Shown here: in pieces, positions 51,701-64,000 of the stretch
Layout: every line of letters begins with the position of its first letter
How positions within the stretch are numbered: the first letter of the stretch is position 1
NCBI RefSeq assembly: GCF_000150275.1
Contig: NW_002060945.1
Coordinates: forward strand, 6,073,246-6,137,245
Length of the DNA stretch: 64,000 bases
Direction: 5' to 3'
DNA from: Trichoplax adhaerens
Taxonomy: Eukaryota; Animalia; Placozoa
The notes under the pieces: model-generated
Told to the model about the DNA's origin: nothing
Database searches by the model: none
Seen by the model: only the letters and a program-made list of their open reading frames with translations
Position numbers and translations under genes: made by a program

Positions 51701-54700
51701 AATAATTAGCTAATTAAATTCTACACTCAATACACGCTAAAAGTCGTCTACCTGTAGCAATCTATTTATCAAACAATTTCTGACTACATAGTAGACCTTC
51801 AGTGTCGTATAATCCATTTTTTATAAAGCTCCATTTATCATTGAGGCGTTGCACGTTTTTAAAATATCCATGATGTATAACAATACACTAGGGGGTATTT
51901 TCCTTTTGTAGTATCTTCCTTATTTCCCTTCTGTCATATAATCCCTGCCGATCTTTCTAAGTCAACCGTAAGTAGTTATTGATTCAACGATCTATCATAA
52001 TGGTTATGAATAAAATTGCGGATTTCATCAATAATATTAATTTTTCAATGTTTAACTGCATGACCATACTCGTTTTCACTAAAGGAAGATGAAAGTTTTC
52101 GCAACTAGACTTGAACTTTTACGCTATGTTACTAACGGAGTATTTTACTGTCGTATAAAACAGCACAGTGTAAGATACAGTATTATTGCAGTGATCTCGA
52201 AATAGACTGAAGGATGCCAGCTTATGTGACATCGCAATCGAACATCGGCGCACTGATTTTGTCAAAATACATCATAAACATACGTATAACTTATGGCCTC
52301 ATGACATCTACAACAGCATACACAGTGGCACATCAGTGATTGTGAGAAAGTATACAATACAGTATGTACATTTATTTTGCCAAAACTTTCAAAATTTTGA
52401 ATATCCTTTATTGATATGATATTATGAACGTACCTTTGGCAGTGTCAACAGGTGATATAATATGCGGGCATTACATCGACAATGTTTAGCGTACATTTTT
52501 ATTCCGAAAACTATAGTTTCTTATTTCTAGCTAGACATATAAAAGATGCTAATCTGAGATGTTCTTAAATCTAGTGTCGGACCGTATTCGTAAAACATTT
52601 TGAATTGTAATTTTTTGCACATGATGACTTCAAAAGCTTTTAGAGATTACTAGTGATATCACTTAATCTACCGTGCTGAAAAAGGTTATAATACAAATTT
52701 AGGATATAGTTACTTGACTTTCAATCTATCGTAAAGCTTATCATTAATTTCTGAAATTATCGAATATAATCTCAGCAGCTATCGGTGTTAAAGTGGACAT
52801 AATTGCGTACATGTATCAAAAATAAGATTTTAATTGTTTTCTAATGGATATGATTGTTAAAATTAATAGAAAAATACCAAGTGCCAAGCAATCTTTGATT
52901 TCGTTGCTGATAAAATTAAATTAAAAGAAAGGGAATATTTTAGTCTTAAATACAAGGATGAATATGAATCTTCGGTGAGTTTAGATGGTGTTAATAATGT
53001 CTACTGAATGCGTATTAGCTCCCTTTAACGAAATTTTACACCTACTTGATTTTAAAAATTGAATGATTATATTATCTCTAACGAATAACCATACATATCT
53101 TCGGTACCATTCTACCTGTAGGTAAAGTAACTACAATTTATTAATTTACTCCTACCATACATTTAATTTCTTTAGACATGGCTTGATATGAACAAGCGTT
53201 TAACGTCTCAAGTTAAAGGTTAGCTATTAAAGTTGCTAGATAGTGAAATAATAATAACTTATTTCTATTTCTATAATAAGATTGAGTATAAAACTTGTTC
53301 AGACACCATACATTAAAAGTATGCTTACTAGAAAATTATAGTTATTAATGCTATTTGTTTACAGCTTCACCTCCGTATACTGTACATTTTATGATAAAAT
53401 TCTACGCAGCCGATCCTTGTTCACTTGAGCAGGAATTAACTAGGTAAACCAAATGTTCTTTATTCGAATAAAAAAAATGACGTAATAGTAGAGTTAGTAT
53501 TGATCAGTTTTTATGAAATTACAACATAAAAATAAGCTATCTAATTATGTACACATTTGCAGATATTTATTTTTTCAACAAGTAAAAAATGACGCCCAAA
53601 CGGGACGGTACGTTGAATATTCATACTTTAAAGTAAATATCATATAACGAACAAGGTGAAATAGTATTAATGATGAATGCTTTTTGATTGTTTAGGCTTC
53701 CATGTAATTTCGCTGATGTAGCACAATTAGGAGCGTATGTATTGCAAGGTCAGTAAATTATTTTGTACATGTATAGACTGCCGTTCGTATCATATTAGCT
53801 GTAAATTTAGTATAAACTTTTATGATTACTTCTTTCAGCTTTACACTAACATTTGCATTAGTACAAGTAATAAGTTTTTACTGCTGTATCACTTTATCGA
53901 TGCATGTTGTAGCTGAGCTTGGAGATTACAATCCTCAAGTCCACACTGATGGATATGTTTCTGAATTTCGTTTTGTACCAAAACAGGTTAGTAGATCTGT
54001 ATTTCATTATTATAATATATATGTATAATTACTTGATAACCCGTACTATTTCGTTATAGTCTGAAGAACTTGAAGATCAGGTCATGGAGTATCATAAGAC
54101 CGTATCGTAAGTGTTATACGTAGCTTATAAGATATATTCTGGATTTTTTAGTTATTCACGTGATGTGTTGAATATCATTTGCAGGGGTTTAGTTCCTCCG
54201 GCAGCGGAAATGGCGTATTTAGACTTTGCAAAGTGGTTACCTATGTTTGGAACCGATAAATACCCCGTTAAGGTTATAATTCACTGTCTTTAGCAATCGG
54301 TAGAGAGATTGCTTAATAGTGTTTCATCTACGCTTATTAATAGGGAGAACGAGGGATTGATTTCTATCTCGGCCTAAAACCTACAGGCATTATTGTAATT
54401 AAGAATGATACTGTAGCTGGGACCTTTATTTGGTAATTTTTTAAGCTTTAGCTAAATTCCTATTTAATTTTAAGTGAGTTAAATTTATTCCTCATATTAT
54501 TTAAATTTTTACCATACTTATAGGCCAGGTATATCGAAACTCAACTTTAAGAATAACTCATTTTCATTAGCCGTCACTGGCAAAGATGTGCGTAAGAATC
54601 TGTTATCCTAACTTATTAATAAAGCCAACTGAGTTTGTATCTTAAGGCCTATGTTTATCAAGTTGGCTGATATGTTGTATCCACTTCTCTTATTCTATAG

Positions 54701-57700
54701 GACAATGAGAATATATATGAGTTTGAATTGCCCTCAGCGACAGCATGTAAACAGTTTTGGAAAAGATGTATTGACAATCATGCATTCTTTAGGTATGGAA
54801 TTCGATATATTATACTATAAGAATAAACGTAGAAAGATTTACGTGCGAAGGACGCCGATTAAAATTTTGATGACACATGAAATTTGAACTATTACAGAGC
54901 GCAAAAAGCCGCAAAAACACCAGCTGGTGCATATTTCTGGTTATCAAATTGTACTCCAAATCAGAAACATAGGTTTGATACATTACTTATTACATTAATA
55001 TTTAAGCCGCAGCCGATAGTTTTAAACTAATTAAATTATTCCCTTTACAGTACTTCTACAGAAAAAGAAAATTATCGAAAAATTGCTGAACAGCAATATG
55101 AATTTTCTAAAGTAGTTAGGTACGAAGACTGTATAAAAATATTATAAAAATATGTTATAGAATGTTAGATAAGTTTCTGTTGTGATATTAAAATTGAATA
55201 TTTAATGTAGACTCCCGAGTAAAAGATTTCCTAGGCGAGCCAGCACAGGTTGAATTTTTAACGCTATTTTTTAAACGGTATTGTTTTATAATCATCAGAT
55301 TATCTATAAAAATAGTATCTTTTTTGTAGACGACTCATTGTTTGGTAGACATTCAAGAGCTAGTTCTATTGCACCTTCTGTGGATAATTCACGTATTCAA
55401 GGATCTCGTGGACGGTATGTGACGTAGAGATTGCTGCTTATTATACAAATACCCCTAGCTTATACTTACCTAAACTGGTGCACAGTATATCTAAAATTGT
55501 TGCGAAAATAGTTAGAGTTTGTGCATAAGATTAAATTAAAATACAGAGTAGTTGTTTCATATATTTAGAATGATGTATATTGTTAGGGCCGATATCGCTT
55601 CGCTATTTAACTTTTAAAGTATACTTTCTACTTTGTGATGCAGGCGGCCTTCCAGTGCTTCTCAGGCTTCAGGTAGTAGTAGTCGTCGATCACCACGTAC
55701 TAGGAGGCGAAGGCACATTTATGTTGATAGCGGTAGCGAATCGGACACAAGAAGGAGGTAAAATATACTGTAATAACTAATAAATATAATTTCGGTACTT
55801 CCTTGAACAGTTTGACTAATCTTAGAAATGAGAGTAAGGTATTCTGTCAATTAAAATATCACATTCGCTGCCAAATAATCGTAGTTATCATAGCCGGATG
55901 TCTGATGATGAAGTCATGAGAAGGCGTCGCCGTTCAAGGTATATTTTACAGCATAACAATATTTTGTAGTGAAGTAGTGCGATGTAAAATGAGCTTGGTA
56001 CATATGCAGTATATTAAATAGCAAGTATTAAAAAACAGATAAAATCTAACCAATATATAGCCGTAGGTCGAATGGTAGATATAGCAGCGATACAGAAGCA
56101 ACTAATCGACATCGTCGGATTAGAAAGCGGTAAATTATAAAATTCGTCTTATTTAATGTTTACGGTAAAAATATTTTTATATTTTAGCAGTCTAGTTTAC
56201 ATACTGAGACGTAACTCTCTATCCTTCCATGAGCTAGTATATTTATCATCCAATTATCTACTACTATATTAAGATCGCAATCAAGTGAACTAAAAGTTCC
56301 AAAAATGATTGATTCAAGACCTCAGTGGAATGAAGTTAAACGTAAACAAAATGAAATGCAACATCAGCCTAGCGAAGATAGTCAGGAGTAAGCACTACAA
56401 TAACTGATATTTCATTACGATAGGCGATGTATCGCCGCTTACTTTTTTTTGTAAATTAAAGGATTAATATTAATTTACAATTGTAGACCTCATAGGATTG
56501 CTACAGATAGAGCATCCTTATTATCCGGTCGAGAAGGTGATGGAGATACACGAAGTGTGGCTTCAGGTCATTCTAGAGGTTCTCGTAGTTCACGCCGGCG
56601 TGGTAATCGTGGCCGTGATAGACGCGGTAGTTATGGGCGCGATCGTAGTAAGAATAAAACTCCAGTACATATCGATAAAGAAAATGAAATCTGGATCGAT
56701 AAAGGCCCTGAAAATGATCAACAAGGTAACAATGACGGACGACGAACAGAAGAAAAAGATTCCTCTAGAGTAGATGGAGGTATTAATGATTCGTATGATG
56801 AAAAATCTCGAGGCATGCCGGAATCGCGATCTCGTGGATTTCCACCATCTCCTCCGAGGCGATATCCGCAAACGCAAGATTGGTCTGCTGTTAATGGTCA
56901 TAGCAACCGTTATCCCTCGGAACATGGAAATGGTACTGTAAGATCGCATGATCGATATGTTCCTGATCGATCGAGGCATGTTAACAGGCGGTCTGATAAC
57001 GACGGAAATTATAATATGAGACAAGAGCATAGGTATGTCATTACTAGATCTCCTTTTGTTAATAATTGCTTTATTCCTAACTCTTAAATATTGGGTGACA
57101 CATTTGAAAATGGCTATCGTTTGCTTCGCTGACAAATAAAAATATCTATAAACTCTCAAGGTACACCAGACCACCGGCATCTCCGATGAGGGGCAATACA
57201 ACGCCTAGTACACCTGGTAGTCAGCCAGTTCCTCCCCCGAGGGCAGTGTAAGTTCAATTAGAATACCTAAAAAAATATCTAGTGGATAGCATTTAATCAT
57301 TTGCTGAGGCAAATTTCGATACTATATAGACTTCTATGCATTGATATATGATTAAAGAGCGTGGCCGTAAAATTTATAATTACTGGGAAGATTGATATTA
57401 AATAGAAAATTGCCACTGTATTGCCATAGGTAATGCTTATTGTACGTACTTAAGAAATTCTATTTCTCCTATGCTGTAGGTCTTTACAAAAGAGGGTTCC
57501 TCAAGGACGAGAAAAGCCAATAATGAACGGTAATGGTGGCCCGTCGAGATATCAAGGACAACCGTAAGCCTTATTTTAATGATATTTCTATAATCGTTAT
57601 GGTTAATGCTTTATTCATTCATAATTTTTTGTAATTGCATAAAATATTGTTTATTCTTTATTATAACGACAGCAATAAATAAATTTACGCGAAGCAGTAA

Positions 57701-57789
57701 ATTAATGATTTGCTATCCTTTCTAGTTATTATGAAGGTTACAATCCAATGTCACGGCCGAATTCAGGGTACAATAATCGTCGCCTATAA
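48739..57789 (+). CDS. EPB41L4A: Band 4.1-like FERM protein 4A (FERM + FA + Arg/Ser-rich tail)
   Basis: Exon 1 is 48739-48828 (MGFFCLGGGKRTVNVRIIMLD), followed by a 4 kb intron. Further exons start at 52870, 53176, 53365, 53563, 53696, 53913, 54060, 54185, 54344, 54524, 54701, 54898, 55051, 55211, 55330, 55644, 55894, 56061, 56274, 56487, about 57161, 57480 and 57726. FERM motifs are WLD, PPYTVHFMIKFYAADPCSLEQELTRY, QAELGDYNP, GYVSEFRFVP and ACKQFWKRC. The FA motif is RLPSKRFPRR, and DSRPQWNEVKRKQ matches the 4A-type PQWEAVLRRQ. The last frame is ambiguous (see findings). Confidence 0.85.
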
Positions 57790-59728
57790 TCTCTGTAAGT
57801 AGTTGAATGAATTATTAATTTATTATATCTAAATAAAAAATAATATTTAGCTTTAATTATACCGATTGATACTTATACAGATGCGAGGCATTGTACTCTA
57901 ACCAAGTTCTGCAAATACTTCAGAAGTATTACCAAAGGTATTTTTGTTATTTACGAAGCAGGTTTAAGTCGAGCTGACTATAAATTGTTTTGAAAGAATG
58001 CTTGAAATGGTGATTTTGCGTCTTTAACGCACTAATTGCGAGTAAACGTAATCCCTTAAATTTCGTTAAGAAATGTCTCTTAAAATTATTTTAAACTGCT
58101 GTACAGGATTAAAATAAGATAAACTTGCGTAATTATTAATGTGATGCGCAACGTCTGCAAGGATGTAAATAATGTCGGAATCCTCATTGCGGCGTATGTT
58201 ATGCCAAGTTTTTATGAGTTATCAATATTGTCTTGTTTCTTTAACACCCAAAGTTATTATTATTGCTAATTTAACAGAAATGCTCTTACCACTGATATTA
58301 TATTTACTATATCTTATTAACCATATATATAAGAATTTTTTTGTACACGGAGTACTTACTATAGGCTTCATTAATTTGTGATTTTCGTACATTTTAATCG
58401 ATAGCGAAATCAATGCTTACTATCTAGCTAAAAATCTTGTACAACTAGCTAGAATACTACCATCTATGTGATGATAAGATTGCATATATGGTTGTGCATG
58501 CATTCGAATCTTGCGGCGTTCGATTTTGAATTCATTAATATTTTATTTTGTGATATTTTGTGGTACAACTTACAATCTTGCTGTTGTTCATAAAATGTAA
58601 TCATCAAATTTAACTATACATATTTTTTCGTGATTAAACGCTATATGAGCAGATAATCATTTTTGCTTTTTGGTAATATAAGCATGAAGGATATTTTAAG
58701 TGCGCTGCTTTTTAGTGATGCGGTTGATCCCTCGTAGGGTACAGTTGTATTTTCAACAACTGCTAAAGTCTATCAACCTAGAATGTTTATTATAATAATA
58801 TTATTAAACTTAATTATCGATTATTACTATATATGTAATATATATGTAAGCAAACCAATGATATAAATTGATATTAAAACACCCTTACTTTTAGTATTTA
58901 TTCTCAGCGTCAATTAATATTTTAAATCCTTTCAGTAGTGCCATTACAGTTTTGTCGCCAAGTAGTTATTAATGTTTACTGAATAGCGACATTTGCGCAT
59001 GAACTACAATATGAAAGGTACTGTAGTTAGTTTTGGGGGCGGGGTTCTTTTCTTAAAGAGTCTTTACGGAAAATAGATACCATTGCCTATCCAACCCCTT
59101 AATGCAGTGGACTTCGAAGATAGTTCTCTACTTTTCGGACATAATAGTAAATTACTAATTACAATCATTCAGTCATTGTTCTTCAAAGCAATTGACTATC
59201 ACACTGCTGTGCTGTAATAGTCTACTACTAGATATTGTAGTAGTAGACAAGATGCTGAAAAATTCATTCTTGATAAATAAAGCTCGCTTAATATCAATTA
59301 TATATTGACTGGGCCTGTGAAGCTTGCTTATTAAATAAACAAGTCTAAAGAAAAAATTTGGAAAGAGACCAAGCACTTCTTGTTGTGAATTGCACAGAAT
59401 CTATCGTAGACTGTTTACAAGGCCTCTTTCTTTCTGATACAATTGACTATACACTGTTAAGAACGAAGACTTTTACAAAATAATCACCCAACCTGAGACC
59501 TGGCCTGAGGCGAATTACTGTATGTCTACTTAACTAATCTATTATATATATAATTATTGTTGCCATTCATGGTACCCTCAGCACCTGTGGCGTCGTAAAC
59601 TATAGCCTTCTAAGCTTGAACCAAATCATTAACGGATGCTAAAGGACGTCTTCTTTATTTGTTAAGCAGCTATTCCAACGAAGACGAGAATTTCGATTGA
59701 GATTTCATACTTTATAAAATAGATTGCC

Positions 59729-62700
59729 ATGGTTAGTCTCCAATCTTTCCATTATGGTGTAGAAGATTAAAATTGTTAATCAAATATAAATTATTTTAGT
59801 AAAATCGGAATTTTTAAGACTTTTTTAAAACGTTAATTAGTATATCCATGTCCGTAGACTTTTTCGATATATGAGTGTCTGGGCGTAGTCCGATGTACTG
59901 TAGTCAAATTTTAATAGGATAAAAAAATTTCCGATTAAGGTAAAATTAATTACTACCTGTTTTTTATCTGTATCTAACAATTTAATCTTCATTCTTTTTA
60001 TTCATGGTTTAAAAACATCATAGGGGAACTATACACTCGATCAGGTAGATAAAACTGTATTTCTTGCTATTAATTCTGACCGTGATTGAATGAATTGAAA
60101 TTTTTTTTTCCTAGTTCAATGTAAAGTTAACTAGATTTTTAAATCATATTAGGTGCGTTCGGTGATGGACAAAAAGCACAACATTCGAAATATGTCGGTT
60201 ATAGCAAAGACCGAAGAGGGAAAGTCGTCTGTAGTAGATTTGCTTATGAGCAAGGCTAGTGTTGGTGTTGATACTAAAGATAACCAAGAAAGCCCTAAAA
60301 AGGCGATGTAAGTAGGGTTTGCAATCCGTCAGAATTTTGTTACTATTCTGCTAGTGCACCATTTATACAGTACTACATATATCCTACATTCTGCGAATTT
60401 TCCTCTGAATATGATTGTGCTCTTAAAAAATATTCTATAATATTGCCTGTTCTAGTTTTATTGATTAACATTTATGTACGATAAGTATAGTTCAGTGTGA
60501 TTCGACAGTAACAGAACGAATTTTACTGCGTACTGCAGTGCCACACCTACCGTTGTCTGAAATTACTTTAAAGTTTATTTAATTAATTGTAAAAATTTTA
60601 CTATCCTGTTTTAACATACGTGGCTTAGACTGCAATGATGCATTCCTATATGCGCGTATTATTCAGCACAATTCGTAAATAGTATTGTATTATCCTTAAA
60701 AAACGACGGATAATCTTAATGGAGAGATTTAATAAAATTCGTTTATTACAATATACAGTTTTTACACCGTGTGGTACCGGATAATTTGGATAGACCTAGA
60801 TTCAATTTGTGAATTTTAACTATCCGATCGAGTTATTAGTATGGTTCTGTTGTAATCCTACTTTATTACACTAAGCTTAGACAGATACTTCTAAAATCGT
60901 GCAAACTATTTAGATTCTAAATTTTTGTTATCCGATAAATAGGGCTAAATCACTTCATTATACATTATCTGACCCAGATATGGCATATCTTTCCGGTCAA
61001 GGAAATGATGGAAATAATTTTCTTTTCAATTTGATTGATATGCCTACAAATCTTGACTATTCATCGGGAATTGAAGCAGCGCTTCGTGCTACAGATAGTG
61101 CTTTGGTAGTTATCGACTGCATTAAGGGTTAGTTTATTGATTTTTAATACGTTATTATAATGCGATGATGAATTTAAATTAAAATACTCTTCTTTAGCGG
61201 ATTTGAAAAATTGAAATTATTTTAATTATGATAATGAGGATTAATTTTGTTGAAATGTCGTGGAAAAATCGATTAATGACTCAAGGCTACCTATTTTAAT
61301 TCAGGTGTAAGTGTACAAACTGAAACTGTTTTACGTCATGCTATCAGTCAGCGTGTAAAGCCTCTCTTGTTTATGGATAACATGGACGAAGCTTTATTGA
61401 AATTAGAGTTAGACAATGAAAATTTGTATCAGACGTTTTGCCGTATTGTTGAGAGCACAAATGTAATCATCGCTACTTATAATGATGATGATGGACCGAT
61501 GGGAAATATTCAGGTTAGTGGTAATTTTCTTGGTTATTTGTTGACTTGATCATCTGTAGAATTTATTTTTGTATCTTATAAAGGTTGATGCAACAAAAGG
61601 CACTATTGCCTTTGGCTCTAGCTCACAAGGTTGGGCTTTCAGCTTGAAAGAATTTGCTGAAATATACGCTGCTAAATTTAAGATTGAGCCTCAGAAACTT
61701 ATGGTTCGATTATGGGGTGATCAATATTATAGTCCAAAGGAGCGTAAATGGAATAAAACCGGCGGCAGTGGTTATGTTAGAGGATTTAACCAATTTGCAC
61801 TTGATCCTATCCAAATGGTATATGATTATATAAGTTAATTGTAACTGTTACTGCATTTTATATATCAGATCTTCTCAAATTGGGGTTTTAGATTTTCAAG
61901 AATGTAATGAAATCTCAAAAAAATGTATATGAAAAGTTGCTGAAAAAGCTTCAAATTAAGTTGTCATCTGAAGAAAAAGTAGGCCTACATATAGTGTCGC
62001 ATCGTAAAGTATAGTTTTCGGGGTACAATATATTTTTACGTTTTTTAATAAAACTAGAAAAAGGAAGGAAAAGCGTTATTGGATATAATCATGAAGAAAT
62101 GGCTGCCTGCTGGGGACACTTTGTTAAAGATGGCAAGTATTCATGTGCCTTCACCTGTTACTGCACAAAAATACCGCATGGAAATATTATATACAGGTCC
62201 TCATGATGATCCTATTGCTCTTGATATAAAAAATTGCAATCCAAAGGTTAGATACAATAGTAACTTGATGGCATACCGGTATGTTTACCAACTAATAAAA
62301 TTGGATTACGTTCATTTACAGGGACATTTATGTATGTATATTTCAAAGTTGGTACCTAAAAGCGATGGAAAACAGTTCTATGCCTTTGGTCGAGTCTTTT
62401 CAGGCACAGTCGGTACTGGACAAAAGGTTCTAATCATGGGTCCTAATTTTGTACCTGGAAAAAAAGATGATTTACATCAAATAGAAATTCAAAAGTAATA
62501 TTGAATATAATCATGTAGAAATCATGAGAATTTATTTTACTCAAGTAATATTGACTACTCAACGTTTTCGATATATTTAGAACTGTTTTGGTGATGGGTC
62601 GTTGTATTGCATCAATTAAGAATGTACCATGTGGTAACATTGCTGGTCTTGTTGGAGTTGATCAGTTTTTAATGGAAACTGGAACGATCACTACGTACGA

Positions 62701-64000
62701 TAAAGCTCATAATCTGAAGGTTAACTGATTTAGATTAATATTGCATAATTGGATAAAAGAATATCACATAAATAAATTTAAATATGATTATGATCGTAGA
62801 TGATAAAGTTTTCTAAGTCGGCTGTTGTACGGATCGGTGTCGAACCAAAGGACCCCTCTAATTTGCCAAAACTTGTAGAAGGACTTAAACTTCTTGCAAA
62901 ATCCGATCCTACGATTCAGGTAGTTTCTATTTTTATCCTGTAGGGCACCATTATAAGTTACTCTGGTTAAAATAATATATTCTGTATCATGATATTATGA
63001 TCGTGATTTTATTCTGGTTACTTTTTTAGTGCATTATTGAAGAAAACGGCGCTCATGTTGTCACTGGTAGTGGAGAATCGCATTTAGATACTAGCTTGAA
63101 AGAGTTAGAGAAGGACTATGCTGGCATTCCGATCAAAGTATAAAATTACCATTTAATTTTTATGATTGATTACGACTGCATTGCCAAAGCTGGTGTAATT
63201 TATGCCTTTATAGAAATCTGCTATAACAGTATCGTATAAGGAAACAGTTAGCAGCAAATCAAGTCAGACGTGTTTATCTAAATCTCCCAACAAACACAAT
63301 CGTCTCTTTATGACAGCGCAACCTTTCCCTGAAGGATTGGCTGAGGATGTTGAGAATGTAATTTAGCAGTTATATTAATCTATGGTGGTTGTTTTCGCTA
63401 ATTTTTTTAATATGTAATCGTATAGACGCGGATACGAGACGTAAATTCAATTCTCTACATTTATCTTGAGTGATGTATGTATTACTTATTTTATTTTTAT
63501 AGCGTAAAGTTACTCCAGAACAAGACTTCAAAGTTAGGGCTAGGTAGTTATTATGATATATGACTCTCTGCTATATAACTATGGTTGAAAAATGTTGACA
63601 TAGAGTATGTATCTTTAGATATCTAGCCGATACGTACAAATACGATGCCGGAGAAGCACGTAAGATTTGGTGTTTTGGTCCTGAAGCTAAAGGAGCCAAT
63701 TTTCTTATTGATACGTCAAAAGGTGTACAATACTTAAATGAAATTAAAGATAGTGTGGTTGTTGGTTTCCAATTGGCTACGAAAACGGTATACGCATACT
63801 TTGTAGTTCTGCTGTTGTAATATGACCAATAATCAATTCCTAATATCAATGATAATCACAAAATTTCTCGAAGGGCGTTTTGTGTGGAGAAAATGTTCGT
63901 GCTGTACGTTTTAACATCAATGATGTTACATTGCATGCTGATGCTGCTCACCGTGTTGGTGGTGAGATTATTCCAACGACTCGACGTTGTTTACATGCTT
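59729..64000 (+). CDS. Divergent elongation factor 2 paralog with degenerate GTPase motifs; 3' end lies outside the window
   Basis: Exons 59729-59731 (ATG only), 60024-60044, 60153-60307, 60943-61127, 61305-61513, 61584-61817, 61892-61978, 62058-62246, 62322-62494, 62581-62719, 62800-62919, 63030-63137, 63214-63357, 63503-63543, about 63620-63787 and 63874-64000+. There are no stops or frameshifts. eEF2 signatures are [82 protein letters not shown] and DVTLHADA. Confidence 0.93.

Noticed and set aside
56590-57201. 203-aa antisense ORF and other overlapping short ORFs (e.g. 18397-18771, 28525-28752, 30080-30663)
   Set aside because: These are shadows of real exons or of low-complexity repeats, with no recognisable protein features.
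62247-62321. 75-nt in-frame stop-free segment read through by ORF 62079-62498 as a protein insertion
   Set aside because: It is bounded by canonical GT-AG, and removing it restores eEF2 colinearity, so it is an ordinary intron.
59729-64000. eEF2-like gene as a pseudogene, or as EFL1/EFTUD2
   Set aside because: No stop, frameshift or broken splice site was found in 16 exons. The sequence follows eEF2 itself (N-terminus, KSPNKHNRL, HADAxHR) and lacks the acidic N-extension of EFTUD2 and the EFL1 insertion.

Overview
AT-rich, intron-dense animal genomic DNA with short GT-AG introns. The composition and gene set are consistent with an early-branching metazoan such as a placozoan; this is an inference. 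I reconstructed eight protein-coding genes by manual splicing. They are an ACP7-type purple acid phosphatase (minus, runs off the 5' edge), ZCCHC9 (plus, missed by the ORF track), a PPTC7-like PP2C (minus), an orphan disordered protein of about 770 aa (minus), a coding-intronless Strawberry notch-family helicase (minus), Mint/X11 (APBA, plus), an EPB41L4A FERM protein (plus) and an eEF2 paralog (plus, runs off the 3' edge). Three proteins are unusual. (1) The eEF2 paralog has an intact frame over 16 exons, but all five GTPase motifs, including the catalytic His, and the diphthamide loop are altered, so it is a candidate pseudo-GTPase ribosome regulator. (2) The Strawberry notch protein carries a C-terminal FAAP20-type ubiquitin-binding zinc finger and PIP-box-like motifs. 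(3) The Mint/X11 scaffold contains a HOP/STIP1 TPR2A-like domain. In non-coding DNA, a triplicated ~52-57 nt hairpin lies in the SBNO/Mint bidirectional promoter, and dense TACAGTAC/TGTACA clusters lie upstream of several genes. No tRNA, rRNA, CRISPR array or intact transposon was recognised.
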